A stretch of DNA of 63,585 nt, counting the filler, from Octopus bimaculoides (lineage: Eukaryota), in the NCBI RefSeq assembly GCF_001194135.2. It is 8 parts of 7 records of this genome, joined end to end, with 100 filler letters (N's around TTAATTAATTAA, not from the genome) between each part and the next. Parts side by side here need not be neighbours in the genome. Positions count along the whole stretch, not along the records: positions 1 to 18,588 come from NW_026398593.1; 7 more parts are not named here. The stretch is one strand, 5' to 3'. This document shows, piece after piece, positions 1 to 11,622 of this stretch. Under the pieces are notes generated by a model that was given only the letters and a program-made list of their open reading frames with translations, was not told the DNA's origin and did not search any database. The position numbers were made by a program, and so were the translations under genes. Each line of letters begins with the position of its first letter. The stretch's first letter is position 1.

Positions 1-211
1 TCCAACCCATGCCAGCATGGAAAGCGGACGTTAAACGATGATGATGATATCCACTGACGTCTTGTGGAAATGTCATAACAATGTTGAATTTTAGAACTCT
101 AGAAAATGGATACAATGAAGCAAGGTCCTTAGAGGGTTTTCCTGTACTTACTATATCTACAAAAACAGCAGCTTCTACCCTTCAGTCGATCTGACGATGT
201 TTATTGTGAAC

Positions 212-491
212 TGTGAGTGGATTTGGTAGACGGAAACTGAAAGAAGCCTGTCGTATATATGCATATATATGTGTGTGTGTGTTTTTGTGTGTCTGCGTTT
301 GTCTCCCCACCATTGCTTGACAACCGATGCTGGTGTGTTTACGTCCCCATAACGTAGCGGTTCGGCAAAAAGAGACCGATAGAATAAGTACTAGGCTTCC
401 AAATAAGTCCTGGGGTCGATTTGCTCGACTAAAGGCGGTGCTCCAGCATGGCCGCAGTCAAATGACTGAGACAAGTAAAAGAGTAAAAGAG
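212..491 (+). mobile_element. SINE family B, 5'-truncated
   Basis: gtgagtggatttggtagacggaaactgaaagaagcc...(TA/TG)n...gactgagacaagtaaaagag, shared with the other copies. Confidence 0.9.
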
Positions 492-913
492 AATATATGT
501 GTGTAACTGTTATTCAGATAGTTGATTGTCATTTTGGAAATTGTAGTAATGTGTGTTTTGGTGAGATGAAGCCACACAGGCAGTCAACCACCCGACTACT
601 GGAATTGTTTATCACAGTAACAATTTATTACCTGTAATGCGTTGCTGTGTTGCCTCAACTGTGACACCAATTCTTACTTCCTTTACTTCACCTTCATCAT
701 CCAAAGACGTTTCTTTATTAATTATGGAATCATTATTGATAAGTTTGGATGTGTTTGTATGGTGTTGACATTGTTATGTCTGAAGAAATTACTACGTTGT
801 TGATGTTCTCTTTTTTGATCTTTCATTACTTTTGTCATGTGTTTATCATCATCATCATCGTTTAACGTCTGCTTTCCATGCTAGCATGGGTTGGACGATT
901 TGACTGAGGACCT

Positions 914-951
<38 letters not shown>

Positions 952-1652
952 AATAAGAGTGAAAAAACTACAGAAGGGTTGTGTTACATGGTTAAAGTAT
1001 ATATTTAAATTATGTCAGAAAAATGTTATAAAATCTTTTTGGTATATAAACATTGTATTTGGAGAAATAACCGGTTTTGTGTTGTCTTTTCAAATTTCTC
1101 TACTTCATGGTAACATGTCTTCACTCCCACATCCAACCACGTGCTTTCACATACCAACTTTCTCACCTATATATATATATATATATATACATAATTATTA
1201 CAATTAAAAGGGTAAAGGATTATCAATTTATTAATTTATTAATAAATTAATAATTAATAATTTTTACCAAGCCCTTCGGTATGTAAGCACCATTATCGGT
1301 GGAGAACTTATTTAAAAGTTCTTATACATTTATAAACAAAATTAAGGGATCAGCAACAGGTTGCTTCACCACATACCGAAGTTCAGAAATAGTAGCTAAA
1401 ATGCTGAAACTTTTTCTTCTTTTCTTCTTTTTTTTCTTCTTTTTTTCTTCTTTTTTCTTCTTGTTTTGCCTATGTGAGTTGCAGGTAATTGCTATCTGTT
1501 GAAGTTTCAGCATTTTAGCTGCTATTTCTGTTTTATTATTGATATTTGTTCCATCATATTTCCTATATTTGATATGAAAATATTATTTTGTTTATCGATA
1601 AGATATGTTTGTATAACCTTGAACTCATCATTATATACTTCCTCATTTGTAG

Positions 1653-1828
1653 TACTCCTTTAAGCTCTCCCTGAAGAAGAAGGATAGGCTATCTAGCAGA
1701 GTGGTTGCTAGTTACCTGTCCGATTTAGGCGCTGACCTTCACCATCCAAATAGAGAGACTGTGACCCCACTGGGTCTCATCAATAACCCAGATCTGATAG
1801 AAAAATTAAAAGCCTTTTTACCACCTCA
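1653..1828 (+). CDS. Exon of an ankyrin-RING-death domain gene (copy A): last ankyrin repeat, MIB1/MIB2-like
   Basis: tttgtag acceptor and gtaagt donor; 176 nt, phase 0 in and 2 out. Encodes YSFKLSLKKKDRLSSRVVASYLSDLGADLHHPNRETVTPLGLINNPDLIEKLKAFLPP, resembling the mind bomb final ankyrin motif (A-x-Y/F-L-x3-GAD...N...PL). A homologous exon of the same length lies at 17575. Confidence 0.8.
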
Positions 1829-1895
1829 GTAAGTATTCCGTGGCAATAAAAAGATAGACAAGTATATTTTTTGTTTTGTATATAATCATTTCTAT

Positions 1896-1956
1896 GTGGA
1901 AGTGCAATGGCCCAGTGGTTAGTGCAGCGGACTCGCGGTCATAGGATCGCGGTTTC
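1896..1956 (+). mobile_element. SINE family A, head fragment
   Basis: Matches the 5' tRNA-like head of the full copies (caatggcccagtggttag...ggatcgcggtttc). Confidence 0.8.
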
Positions 1957-2316
1957 TTTTTGAAATGTTGTGGTAACAACAAACAAGATGAAGATACATA
2001 CCCATCCAATGTAAATAAGATGCAAAAATTCTACCCTCCTCCAGGTTATAACTGCATTCATTAACGTCTGGCGAAAACGAACTTACATCATCTTCGGACT
2101 TCTGTGAATATAAATCCAATGATTGTTGTTATGCTCTTGTTGTTGTTTTTGCAACTGTACTATGGACGCTAATAGGTCTTCCATTATTTAACAAGTTGTA
2201 TCACGAACAAAGTGTTAAATAACCTACGTGAGATTCGAAACCCTCATCGTCAGATGTTGTAACGTAATCTGTTATGTACAATAATTAAGATAATCAGATG
2301 TCAGTAAAAACAATGT

Positions 2317-2685
2317 TGTTGTTGGCACTCCATCGCTTACAACGACAAGGGTTCCAGTTGATCCGATCAACGGAACAGCCTGCTCGTGGAATTAACGTGC
2401 AAGTGGCTGAGCACTCCACAGACACGTTTACCCTTAACGTAGTTCTCGGGGATATTCAGCGTGGCACAGTGTGACAAGGCTGACCCTTTGAATTACAGGT
2501 ACAACAGAAAGAGGAAGTAAGAGTGAGAGAGTACAGCAGGGTTCGCCACCATCCCCTGCCAGAGCCTCGTGGAGCTTTAGGTGTTTTTGCCCAATAAACA
2601 CTCACAACGCCCGGTCTGGGAATCGAATCCACGGTCCTATGACCGCGAATCCGCTGCCCTAACCACTGGGCCATTGCGCCTCCAC
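2317..2685 (-). mobile_element. tRNA-derived SINE family A, full length
   Basis: Reverse complement of the family consensus; 11-bp TSD AAAAACAATGT at 2306-2316 and 2686-2696. Confidence 0.95.
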
Positions 2686-3238
2686 AAAAACAATGTAACA
2701 AACTAACAAATCTCTTCAAGAACTCACCGATCGATGCCGTCCGACTTTACTGTGATCCTTCATTGTGTTCTTCTGTAAGGATTTTGGCTTTTAATATCTC
2801 CTGTGCATGACTAGTTTTTAATTAGCTACAATGGTGGGGGAAGACACATCAGTCAGGCTTTCGAAGGATCAATTTGGTAGTGGGACCATTTCCCACAGCC
2901 CTTCAATCATAAAACTGTTAGGTACCTTTCATCGGTCTGAGATCATCCAGAGTGTTAGTGGTACATTGAAGGCAGATAGAAAAATGACATTTACTGCATT
3001 CAACTCATCAGTTTGAAATGAGCCCTTAGTATACATGAATCCCTAAAAATAATTCTCTCTACATTTTCTTGTTCTCTCTCAATTTTTTGCCTTCATCCAT
3101 TTCTGTCGAAGACCGTAGGCTCGAGTCGTCAAAGACTTTTTCCATTCTTCCCGAGGGTCAAACTAATAAAACAATACACCTGCTAGTGGTTCCCTCACCT
3201 GTCTTTGTCTTCTGTTTTCGGTAAATTTGAACTATATA

Positions 3239-3828
3239 GGCGCAGGAGTGGCTGTGTGGTAAGTAGCTTGCTTACCAACCACATGGTTCCGGGTGCAGTC
3301 CCACTGCGTGGCACCTTGGGCAAGTGTCTTCTACTATAGCCTCGGGCCGACCAAAGCCTTGTGAGTGGATTTGGTAGACGGAAACTGAAAGAAGCCCATC
3401 ATATATATATATATATATATATATANNNNNNNNNNNNNNNNNNNNNNNNNNNNNNNNNNNNNNNNNNNNNNNNNNNNNNNNNNNNNNNNNNNNNNNNNNN
3501 NNNNNNNNNNNNNNNNNNNNNNNNNNNNNNNNNNNNNNNNNNNNNNNNNNNNNNNNNNNNNNNNNNNNNNNNNNNNNNNNNNNNNNNNNNNNNNNNNNNN
3601 NNNNNNNNNNNNNNNNNNNNNNNNNNNNNNNNNNNNNNNNNNNNNNNNNNNNNNNNNNNNNNNNNNNNNNNNNNNNNNNNNNNNNNNNNNNNNNNNNNNN
3701 NNNNNNNNNNNNNNNNNNNNNNNNNNNNNNNNNNNNNNNNNNNNNNNNNNNNNNNNNNNNNNNNNNNNNNNNNNNNNNNNNNNNNNNNNNNNNNNNNNNN
3801 NNNNNNNNNNNTGAAACAAGTAAAAGAG
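3239..3828 (+). mobile_element. SINE family B with an internal gap
   Basis: tRNA-like head ggcgcaggagtggctgtgtggtaag... and the family 3' end after the N run. Confidence 0.9.
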
Positions 3829-3881
3829 TATATATGTGTGAATGTGTAGGAAATATTTGTTACTTTCGTTCATCCCTTTAG

Positions 3882-3940
3882 AATGCCATGGAAATTGTGT
3901 TCTGTCTGTCCATCCACAGAATTTAAAACCAAATGCCAGA
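3882..3940 (+). CDS. Candidate exon of gene A (MPWKLCSVCPSTEFKTKCQ), possibly the end of a first RING
   Basis: cccttta g acceptor with a weak gtataa donor. Phase 2 in and 1 out fits the chain with the neighbouring exons; contains CxxC. Confidence 0.4.
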
Positions 3941-4043
3941 GTATAAATAGATTAAATAGATTAGATACAATAAAATATTTGTTATCTACACATTTAATAA
4001 AGCCTAGATATACAAATGATCTTGTGTTCATATTTTTATTCAG

Positions 4044-4071
4044 AAGAAATGGAGTCTATGCTGGAATTAAA
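4044..4071 (+). CDS. Candidate micro-exon of gene A (KEMESMLELK)
   Basis: Strong tttttattcag acceptor and gtatat donor. Phase 1 in and 2 out; together with 3882-3940 it totals 87 nt, preserving frame into the RING exon. Confidence 0.35.
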
Positions 4072-4386
4072 GTATATTACGGCAATATATGTCGTTGACT
4101 GTGTTTTTTGCGATCTACATACACACAGAACAGTTTTAGTGATGTATCAGAGTGAAGACATACATTTATGTATATGTGTATAAGTTTGTATGTGTGTGTG
4201 TGTGTGTGTGTGTGTGCGCTGCTCATATAATCTGTTTGAATGTAATTGTTAAAAGGAAACCTTCTGATGTATTTGTGCTTGTCATTGAAGTGTCTCATAC
4301 TATTCTGAACTCTAATCACGTACACAATGTAATCTTTATTATAAATGAAAGTTATTGTTGGGATGTGTTTCTATTTTGTTCCGCAG

Positions 4387-4517
4387 ATGTACATATTGTG
4401 AAGCGAATGCCCCTTCAAAATTCGTACCATGTGGACATGCTCTCCTGTGTCATGAATGTTATGTCACTATTGCATGTGAAAAATGCCCCACTTGTCAACA
4501 AGATATACGGGGAAGTG
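4387..4517 (+). CDS. RING finger exon (C3HC4, MIB/IAP-like type)
   Basis: ttccgcag acceptor and gtaaga donor. Encodes CTYCEANAPSKFVPCGHALLCHECYVTIACEKCPTCQQDIRGS with full C-x2-C..PCGH..C-x2-C..CP-x-C spacing; phase 2 in and 1 out. Confidence 0.9.
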
Positions 4518-4788
4518 GTAAGAATACTATTTGATAATCTGTCTGTTTGTCTCATTGACTTTATTGTGTATAATGTATATGGTAATTAATGTACTTCAAT
4601 ATTATTGCCTAGATTCACATCTGCCATAATCTAGCTTATTTGTGATAAAAGAAGTTCATTGTAGTGACACTTTTTAATTACTTGGTCCTAATTAGCATTA
4701 GTGACAAATGCAGTATTGTAGCGGCAATGGAGTGGGATGTGGGTAGGGTTACATGTTCCTTGTAATGTTGTTCTTATAGTAACGATAA

Positions 4789-5178
4789 GTAGAGGTGCAA
4801 TGGCCCAGTGGTTAGGGCAGCAGACTCGCGGTCATAGGATCGTGGTTTCGATTCCCAGACCGGGCGTTGTGAGTGTTTATTGAGCGAAAACACCTAAAAG
4901 TCCACGAGGCTCCGGCAGGGGATGGTGGCGAACCCTGCTGTACTCTTCCACCACAACTTTCTCTCACTCTTACTTCCTGTTTCTGTTGTGCCTGTAATTC
5001 AAAGGGTCAGCCTTGTCACACTCTGTGTCACACTGAATATACCCCGAGAACTACGTTAAGGGTACACGTGTCTGTGGAGTGTTCAGCCACTTGCACGTTA
5101 ATTTCACGAGCAGGCTGTTCCGTTGATCGGATCAACTGGAACCCTCGTCGTCGCAAGCGACAGAGTGCGAACAACAAA
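4789..5178 (+). mobile_element. SINE family A, full length
   Basis: A/B-box-like head and (AAC)n tail; TSD ATAGTAAC(G/A)ATA. Confidence 0.95.
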
Positions 5179-5382
5179 ATAGTAACAATAGCATTAGAAA
5201 AACAGTTTCTCTCAGTGAAACCCTTCTGCAAATGTGTAATTCTGTGTCTTCAAATTTGCTGATAACTGGATTTTCACCCTATTAATCCTACCACATTGAT
5301 AAAAGGGGTATCAAGAGGGTGGGAAACTTTGATACATGTAGAGTTTTGTATTTTTGATACCAGTTCCTTTGTAACATTTCAG

Positions 5383-5421
5383 ATATTTCCAATGCGATAA
5401 TAAGTGTTTGGCAAGTTACAT
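5383..5421 (+). CDS. Possible symmetric micro-exon (DISNAIISVWQVT)
   Basis: atttcag|AT acceptor like the other linker cassettes; 39 nt, phase 1-1; the donor gtagtg is weak. Confidence 0.25.
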
Positions 5422-5857
5422 GTAGTGAATGAAGTTTGTTCAAGTGTAGATCCTTTTAGGACACCGGATATTACTTTCTGTTCCACTTGTAGAACGTCTG
5501 GAAAGAAAGCTGTTTTATTAATAAGCGCTGCTCGGGTTGAAATAGGCCCAAATATTTGCTGAATCAGATGGCATTCTGGTGAACTGTGAGGTCAGCAGTT
5601 AGAATTAAAGCTTACCAGCAGCAACGTTTACCAAGGAGAACAGGTGTTTGTTTATCCTATTTCAAATGAGGTGTCGTGTGTTTGTGGCTATATATTTAAG
5701 GACCAACTAAGTTGGCATTGAGTTGTGACATAGGAACCGGAAGCACAGTGATTACCAGTTGACCATTGGTGCTAATATGGCCCATAATAATGAAATAGAT
5801 TATTATTAAATAATGAAGTTATACTATAAATATAAAACTTGGAAATATTGATTTCAG

Positions 5858-5905
5858 AGCCTGAAATGTTGACAGGGAACGTACCGAAGACATCACAGCA
5901 AGTTG
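5858..5905 (+). CDS. Linker exon of gene A (EPEMLTGNVPKTSQQV)
   Basis: atttcag acceptor and gtgagt donor; 48 nt, phase 1-1, open frame; flanks are homologous to those of the 8378 and 9883 exons. Confidence 0.65.
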
Positions 5906-6795
5906 GTGAGTATCTACATCTTGTTATGTACAATTTCAGATAAATTCATCGGAGTAACATGTCGATGAGCAGTTGTATGTAGTTAATGATATTTGATACA
6001 AGTGTACAGTGTTTTAAGACTGTTATTTACCTGTTTGACCTGTGTAGAAATAATCATCACTCACCTGGAAAGAAATCTGCTTCGTCAAGGAAAATGAATG
6101 ACATTCGTATGTCTTTATTTCACTACCATTTACCTCTAAAATAATAACGATCTATATACTAACAATAATAAAGCAAACGAATCGTCATATTTCGAGAAAC
6201 GAAAATACACCAAGTAGAATGATCAGACCATTATGCAAAAGGTACAAAATTTAAACTTTACTGAATCAGATGATATCCTGCTTAACTGTGATGCGAGAAG
6301 TGAAAATTAAAGATTATCTGCAGCAATGTTTGAGAGAGTAGGGATGATGCGGAGGAGAGAGAGACCCAGGAAGACACTAGAAGAAGTATTGAAGGTCGAT
6401 CTCAAAATGCTGAACCTTACAAAAGAAATAAAAGATGTCCCCACCGTAACTGAATTGAGATCCTAAAATTAAGGTACCATGTAAAAAGGCATTGAAATAG
6501 ATGCGGGTTTTGTGTAAAAAGTAATGGCGCTAGTGACATGTAAAAAGCCTGCAGCATAAAGTGGTTGGAGTAAGGAAGGGTCCCCAGTCACAGAAGAGAC
6601 CCTAGAATCTTGTGTAGCCCCTGGTCTTGCCATTTCCTGGCCATACAACCCTTGACAAAATGGATTACGAAAGTCAAATGTTGGTGATAGTATGAATATT
6701 ACTGAAATTTCAAAACATAATCATCAAGGTTGGCATGATTGGTAATTTGGATAAATTGGCATTTTGGATATTTTCACTGCAATAATGTGTGAATA

Positions 6796-7462
6796 GTGGA
6801 GGCGCAATGGCCCAGTGGTTAGGGCAGTAGACTCGCGGTCATAGGATCGTGGTTTCGATTCCCAGACTGGGCGTTGTGAGTGTTTATTGAGCGAAAACAC
6901 CTAAAGCACCTCGAGGCTCCGGCAGGGGATGGTGGTGAACCCTGCTGTACTCTTCCACCACAACTTTCTCTCACTCTTTCTTCCTGTTTCTGTTGTGCCT
7001 GTATTTCAAAGGGTCAGCCTTGTCACACTCTGTGTCACACTGAATATCCCCGAGAACTACGTTAAGGGTACACGTGTCTGTGGAGTGCTCAGCCACTTGC
7101 ACGTTAATTTCACGAGCAGGCTGNNNNNNNNNNCGATTCCCAGACTGGGCGTTGTGAGTGTTTATTGAGCGAAAACACCTAAAGCACCTCGAGGCTCCGG
7201 CAGGGGATGGTGGTGAACCCTGCTGTACTCTTCCACCACAACTTTCTCTCACTCTTTCTTCCTGTTTCTGTTGTGCCTGTATTTCAAAGGGTCAGCCTTG
7301 TCACACTCTGTGTCACACTGAATATCCCCGAGAACTACGTTAAGGGTACACGTGTCTGTGGAGTGCTCAGCCACTTGCACGTTAATTTCACGAGCAGGCT
7401 GTTCTGTTGATCGGATCAACCGGAACCCTCGATGTCGTAAGCGACGGAGTGCCAACAACAAC
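6796..7462 (+). mobile_element. SINE family A, appearing doubled across a 10-N gap
   Basis: A single TSD AATGTGTGAAT (6784-6794 and 7463-7473) encloses two near-identical partial copies. Confidence 0.9.
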
Positions 7463-8377
7463 AATGTGTGAATGAGAGTGATATGCAGTTAATTAGATTT
7501 TGTGCAAGTGTAAAGTGTTCTAGGACACCTGTTACCATTCTCTGTTCCACTGGATGAATGCAAAGCTCCATCATTAAAGAGGATGAAAGACATTGAAATA
7601 TCTTTAAATATTTTCTGAATCTGATGACATTCTGGTGAACTGTGATGTGGGCAGTTGGAATTAAAAAGTAACAATGGTAACCTTTAAAAATGAGTGTAAG
7701 CATATGCTTATTGTTGCCGGATGGCATCTGTAAAGACATTCGAGCGAGATCGTTGCCAGTGCCGCCGAACTGGCTCCTGTGCAGGTGGCACGTAAAATAC
7801 ACCATTTTGAGCGTGGCCGTTGCCAGTACTGCCTGACTGGCCCTCGTGCCAATGGCACGTAAAAGCACCCACTGCACTCTCAGAGCATGGTGGAAGCTGA
7901 GAGAAATTGCTTTGAGTAACTTATTATCTCCTTGCCACCTCGAGTTGAAATGTTTTAACTTAATTAAATACTTTTATTTTTGAATATGTAATGTTTGTGC
8001 ATTCTTCTCCTTTTATGCAAACTGTCAAATTTATACCAAACATCTTACATAAGAATCGAAAGTCTAAACGAACAAAAAAACACGAAATAGAGTTATCAAG
8101 TGATAATTAAATGAGAAAATTGCACCATTGTTAGATTATGGAGGATGTCTTAATAGAGAGAGAGAGAGTAGGTTTAGGAAAGTTAGTCTATTTTTGTTGA
8201 GGACCTAAATTTGATGCTACTAATGGGACCACGAGGGAAAGCATAAAAATGTTGGTCAAACGAATTCTGCTCACCAGTTGACTATTGATGATAGGAAAGT
8301 CTCACAATAATAAAATATAGATTATTAACAAAGGACACTTTACAGTAATGTGCATAACTTGGACATATTTATTTCAG

Positions 8378-8611
8378 ATGCTCCAACGTTTGGGAAGTTC
8401 ACCAAGTTGTCGCAGCCTAAACCTTCTGCATCACAGCCTGAACCTTCTACATCACAGCATGAACCTTCTACATCACAGCATGAACCTTCTACATCACAGC
8501 ATGAACCTTCTACATCACAGCATGAACCTTCTACATCACAGCCTAAACCTTCTACATCACAGCATGAACCTTCTACATCACAGCCTAAACCTTCCACATC
8601 ACAGCCAGATA
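8378..8611 (+). CDS. Linker exon of gene A with a Ser/Pro/Thr-rich heptapeptide repeat
   Basis: atttcag acceptor and gtgagt donor; 234 nt, phase 1-1. Encodes DAPTFGKFTKLS + 9 x Q(H/P)(E/K)PS(T/A)S + QPD. Confidence 0.75.
8413..8610 (+). repeat. 21-bp coding minisatellite, 9 full units plus a partial
   Basis: Unit CAGCATGAACCTTCTACATCA with the variant CAGCCTAAACC..., read directly. Confidence 0.95.
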
Positions 8612-8865
8612 GTGAGTAAAATATTGCAACACTTTTATTGATTTCCACCTGTTTTATCTTTAGTTCAGATATTTTGTTTGTCAGAATGATTCTGACTGAG
8701 GACAGGTTTGATCCCTAATTTCCATTTGAACAGTTAGCTGTAAAGTAATATCATAAAATATCCACTGAGGTCAGCACTATTGGTATTATGGGTATATTAG
8801 GAAACGCAATGGAGTTAATATTGTCTTTTGCTTCAGGGAACTAAAATATATTATGGTTTTGATGT

Positions 8866-9253
8866 TGTTGTTGGCACTACGTTGCTTACGACGTCGAGTG
8901 TTCCAGTTGATCTGATCAGCGGAACAGCCTGCTCGTGAAATTAACATGCAAGTGGCTGAGCACTCCACAGACACGTGTACCCTTAATGTAGTTCTCGGGG
9001 GATATTCAGCGTGACACAGAGTGTGACAAGGCTGACCCTTTGAATTACAGGCGCAACAGAAACAGGAAGTAAGAGTGAGAGAAAGTTGTGGTGAAAGAGT
9101 ACAGCAGGGTTCGCCACCATCCCCTGCCGGAGCCTCGTGGAGCTTTAGGTGTTTTCACTCAATAAACACTCACAATGCCCAGTCTGGGAATCGAAACCGC
9201 GATCCTATGACCGCAAGTCCGCTGCCCTAACCACTGGGCCATTGCGACTCCAC
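8866..9253 (-). mobile_element. SINE family A, full length
   Basis: TSD GGTTTTGATGT at 8855-8865 and 9254-9264. Confidence 0.95.
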
Positions 9254-9882
9254 GGTTTTGATGTAAATAGGTGAATAAATGTTATTTTTTTGTTTGTTTT
9301 ACATTTTTGTTAATTCATTGATTACTGATAAATTATTGTTGTTATTGCTAAACCAGATGTCTTTTGCAATGTGACAGGCTTACGATATAAAGTGTTCCAA
9401 TTGTGAACACCCTGTCTTTTTTTTCACTGATAATAAATCTATCATTACATCCACTACATAGTGATGATGACATCATGTCTGCTTTTGATGACTTTTTGTG
9501 AGCAACAGGATGAAGACTTGTTTAGCAATGGGATTCAAGAACTGCAACACTGATGGAAGAAGTGTGTGGACCACAGGAAGGACTCTGTGGAAAAATAAAC
9601 TTCATTTGCTCACGTTCCATGAGGGCATCTTTGTCAGCCTATGAACTTTCATATTTAGGATGTCTTAATAAAAAAAGAGATTTAGGAAGGTTAGTCTATT
9701 CTGTGGTGGACCTGAATATTGAGCTTATTGTATGGTACCATTGTAAAACGTATAAGAAATGTTGAGGGGGAAACTGTTGTGGTCACCTTTTGACCATTGA
9801 GGATAGCAATATGCTATAATAATAAAATATAGATTATTGATAAAGATTAAGAAATTTTACTAGAAATTGCAACCCATTTCAG

Positions 9883-9954
9883 ATTCTCAAAAACTGGAGG
9901 AGAGGGATCTCCTGAAGGTGGCACGCCTGTTAGGATGCAATTGGTGGCAAGTGG
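9883..9954 (+). CDS. Death domain, N-terminal exon
   Basis: atttcag acceptor and gtgagt donor; 72 nt, phase 1-1. Encodes SQKLEERDLLKVARLLGCNWWQVG, matching the death-domain helix 1-2 pattern (L..VA..LG..W..VG). Confidence 0.85.
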
Positions 9955-10299
9955 GTGAGTAGAAAATAACAATACTGAATTTTAGCTTCACTTGAACTTT
10001 TGTATGTCAGAAGGACTGAGAACAGATTCCATTCCTAATTTCCATTTTGAAATTTTAACAGTAAAATCATTCTATTGAAGACACTGATGTAATTCAATAA
10101 AATTGAGATTAGCAGGATTGGTAAAATGGATAAATTAGTAAAACACAATAGAGTAAATATAAAAAAAAGAATGGTTGTGGGCAGAAAGAGAATCATTTCC
10201 CCAAACTCGATGCATATCCACAGCCGTGAATTTCTGATGAAGTCAACAATAGGGTTATTGTGTAGGAATCTGATAAGTAATTTCAGTTTAGATCATGAG

Positions 10300-10640
10300 C
10301 GTGGCCGTTGCCAGTACCGCCTGACTGGCCTCCGTAGGATTTTCGAGTGAGATTGTTGCCAGTGCCCCTGGACTGGCTCTTGTGCAGGTGGCACGTAAAA
10401 TACACCATTTTGAGTGTGGCCGTTGCCAGTACCTCCTGACTGGCCTTCATGCTGGTGGCACGTAAAAGCACCCACTACACTCTCTGAGTGGTTGGCGTTA
10501 GGAAGGGCATCCAGCTGTGGAAACTCTGCTAAATCAGATTGGAGCTTGGTGTTGCCATCTGGTTCGCCAGTCCTCAGTCAAATCGTCCAACCCATGCTAG
10601 CATGGAAAGCGGACGTTAAATGACGATGATGACGATGATG
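10300..10640 (+). mobile_element. RTE-type 3' tail element (other copies at 1-47, 855-912 minus, 7745-7885, 11895-12100 minus, 38881-38906)
   Basis: ggcacgtaaaagcaccc...ttggcgttaggaagggcatccagc...catgctagcatggaaagcggacgttaaa followed by a (GAT)n tail. The RTE assignment is inferred from the tail type. Confidence 0.75.
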
Positions 10641-11092
10641 AGGATGATCACCAAACTGGAATGACTTCTTACCACATGTCATATGTCTGAAGATGCTTCA
10701 ATATAAAGATGAAGCTTAATAGAGCATCCTCAGCTGAATCAGTTATTATCGCTGTTCTTTGAGCCAAATATCTGTGTTAATCCGACAGACTTAGGATAAA
10801 AGATGTTCCTAGAGTGACGTCTCTGTCTTTTACTTGGGAGCATAGGACTACATCATTAAACGGTCCTTTTTAACATGATAGGGTGTAGTTTCAGGGACCT
10901 GTGGCCTCCCCACTGTCCAGTGTCCCTCTAGCTGTGGATCATACTTCACTCACATCTAATGTTTAATTGTACGTAGATGAATGGTGTAGATGTTAGCAAG
11001 TTCTGTCTGCTTTTCTTTGACTTCTCTATAAATTGTGGCTTTGATCCAGTGAAAGATATCATCATTATGTGCCATGCATCCAGAGAGATTAA

Positions 11093-11622
11093 CCCTTTCG
11101 TTACTACACTTATTTTGAGATACTCTGTGCTTCTTTCAATTAATTTTAAATATAACAAAGAATTTAGTAAAATAATTTAGTTATCATTCAGCTGGTGTTA
11201 GGAACATAAATTGTGACTAAGGTTTGGTGGAAGATTTTAATTCAAAACTTATGAAAACAAGACATTTGTACTACAGAGCCAGGGGTGGTTTCAGCCGGAT
11301 TGGTATCAAAAGGTTTAATTTGCAGATTTTGTTTCGATTGTTAGAAATAGCAGCCAAATATTGTGCACATTGAAGGCACATTTGACTGAGTGTCTTTAAA
11401 CTTATTTGTTACCATATTTCTGTTGAGATGCTCTGTGTTTCCTTCAATTAATTTTAAATATAACAAATAATTTAGTAAAATAACTTAGTTATCATTCAGC
11501 TGGTGTTAGGAACATAAATTGTGACTAAGGTTTGGTGGAAGATTTTAATTCAAAACTTATGAAAACAAGGGATTTGTACTACAGAGCCAGAGGTGGTTTT
11601 AGCCGGGTTGGTAACGAAAGGG
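11093..11622. mobile_element. piggyBac-type MITE, dimeric
   Basis: TTAA at both ends (11089-11092 and 11623-11626), TIR CCCTTTCGTTAC/GTAACGAAAGGG, and two tandem internal units. Confidence 0.8.

Noticed and set aside
95-196. Exon upstream of exon A (TLENGYNEARSLEGF...)
   Set aside because: There is an acceptor, but no convincing donor before the stop and no recognisable motif.
3239-3310. tRNA genes at SINE heads (also 4789, 6796, 25067, 45751)
   Set aside because: They have A/B-box-like motifs but no complete cloverleaf that I can fold, and they continue into SINE bodies.
1829-3881. An exon for the first half of an additional RING
   Set aside because: I searched the candidates near 2290 and 2710-2780 and found stops or no CxxC..CxH pattern. 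It is unresolved whether 3882-3940 is half of a RING.
6858-7401. Tandem SINE dimer
   Set aside because: The two halves are near-identical, separated by a 10-N gap and enclosed by one TSD, so an unmerged contig overlap is more likely.
4873-7464. Recurrent ORFs such as MFIERKHLK...GEPCCTLPPQ
   Set aside because: They are chance frames in SINE family A, repeated with each copy.
8413-8610. CRISPR-like array
   Set aside because: The units are contiguous with no unique spacers, the context is eukaryotic, and the repeat is in frame within an exon.
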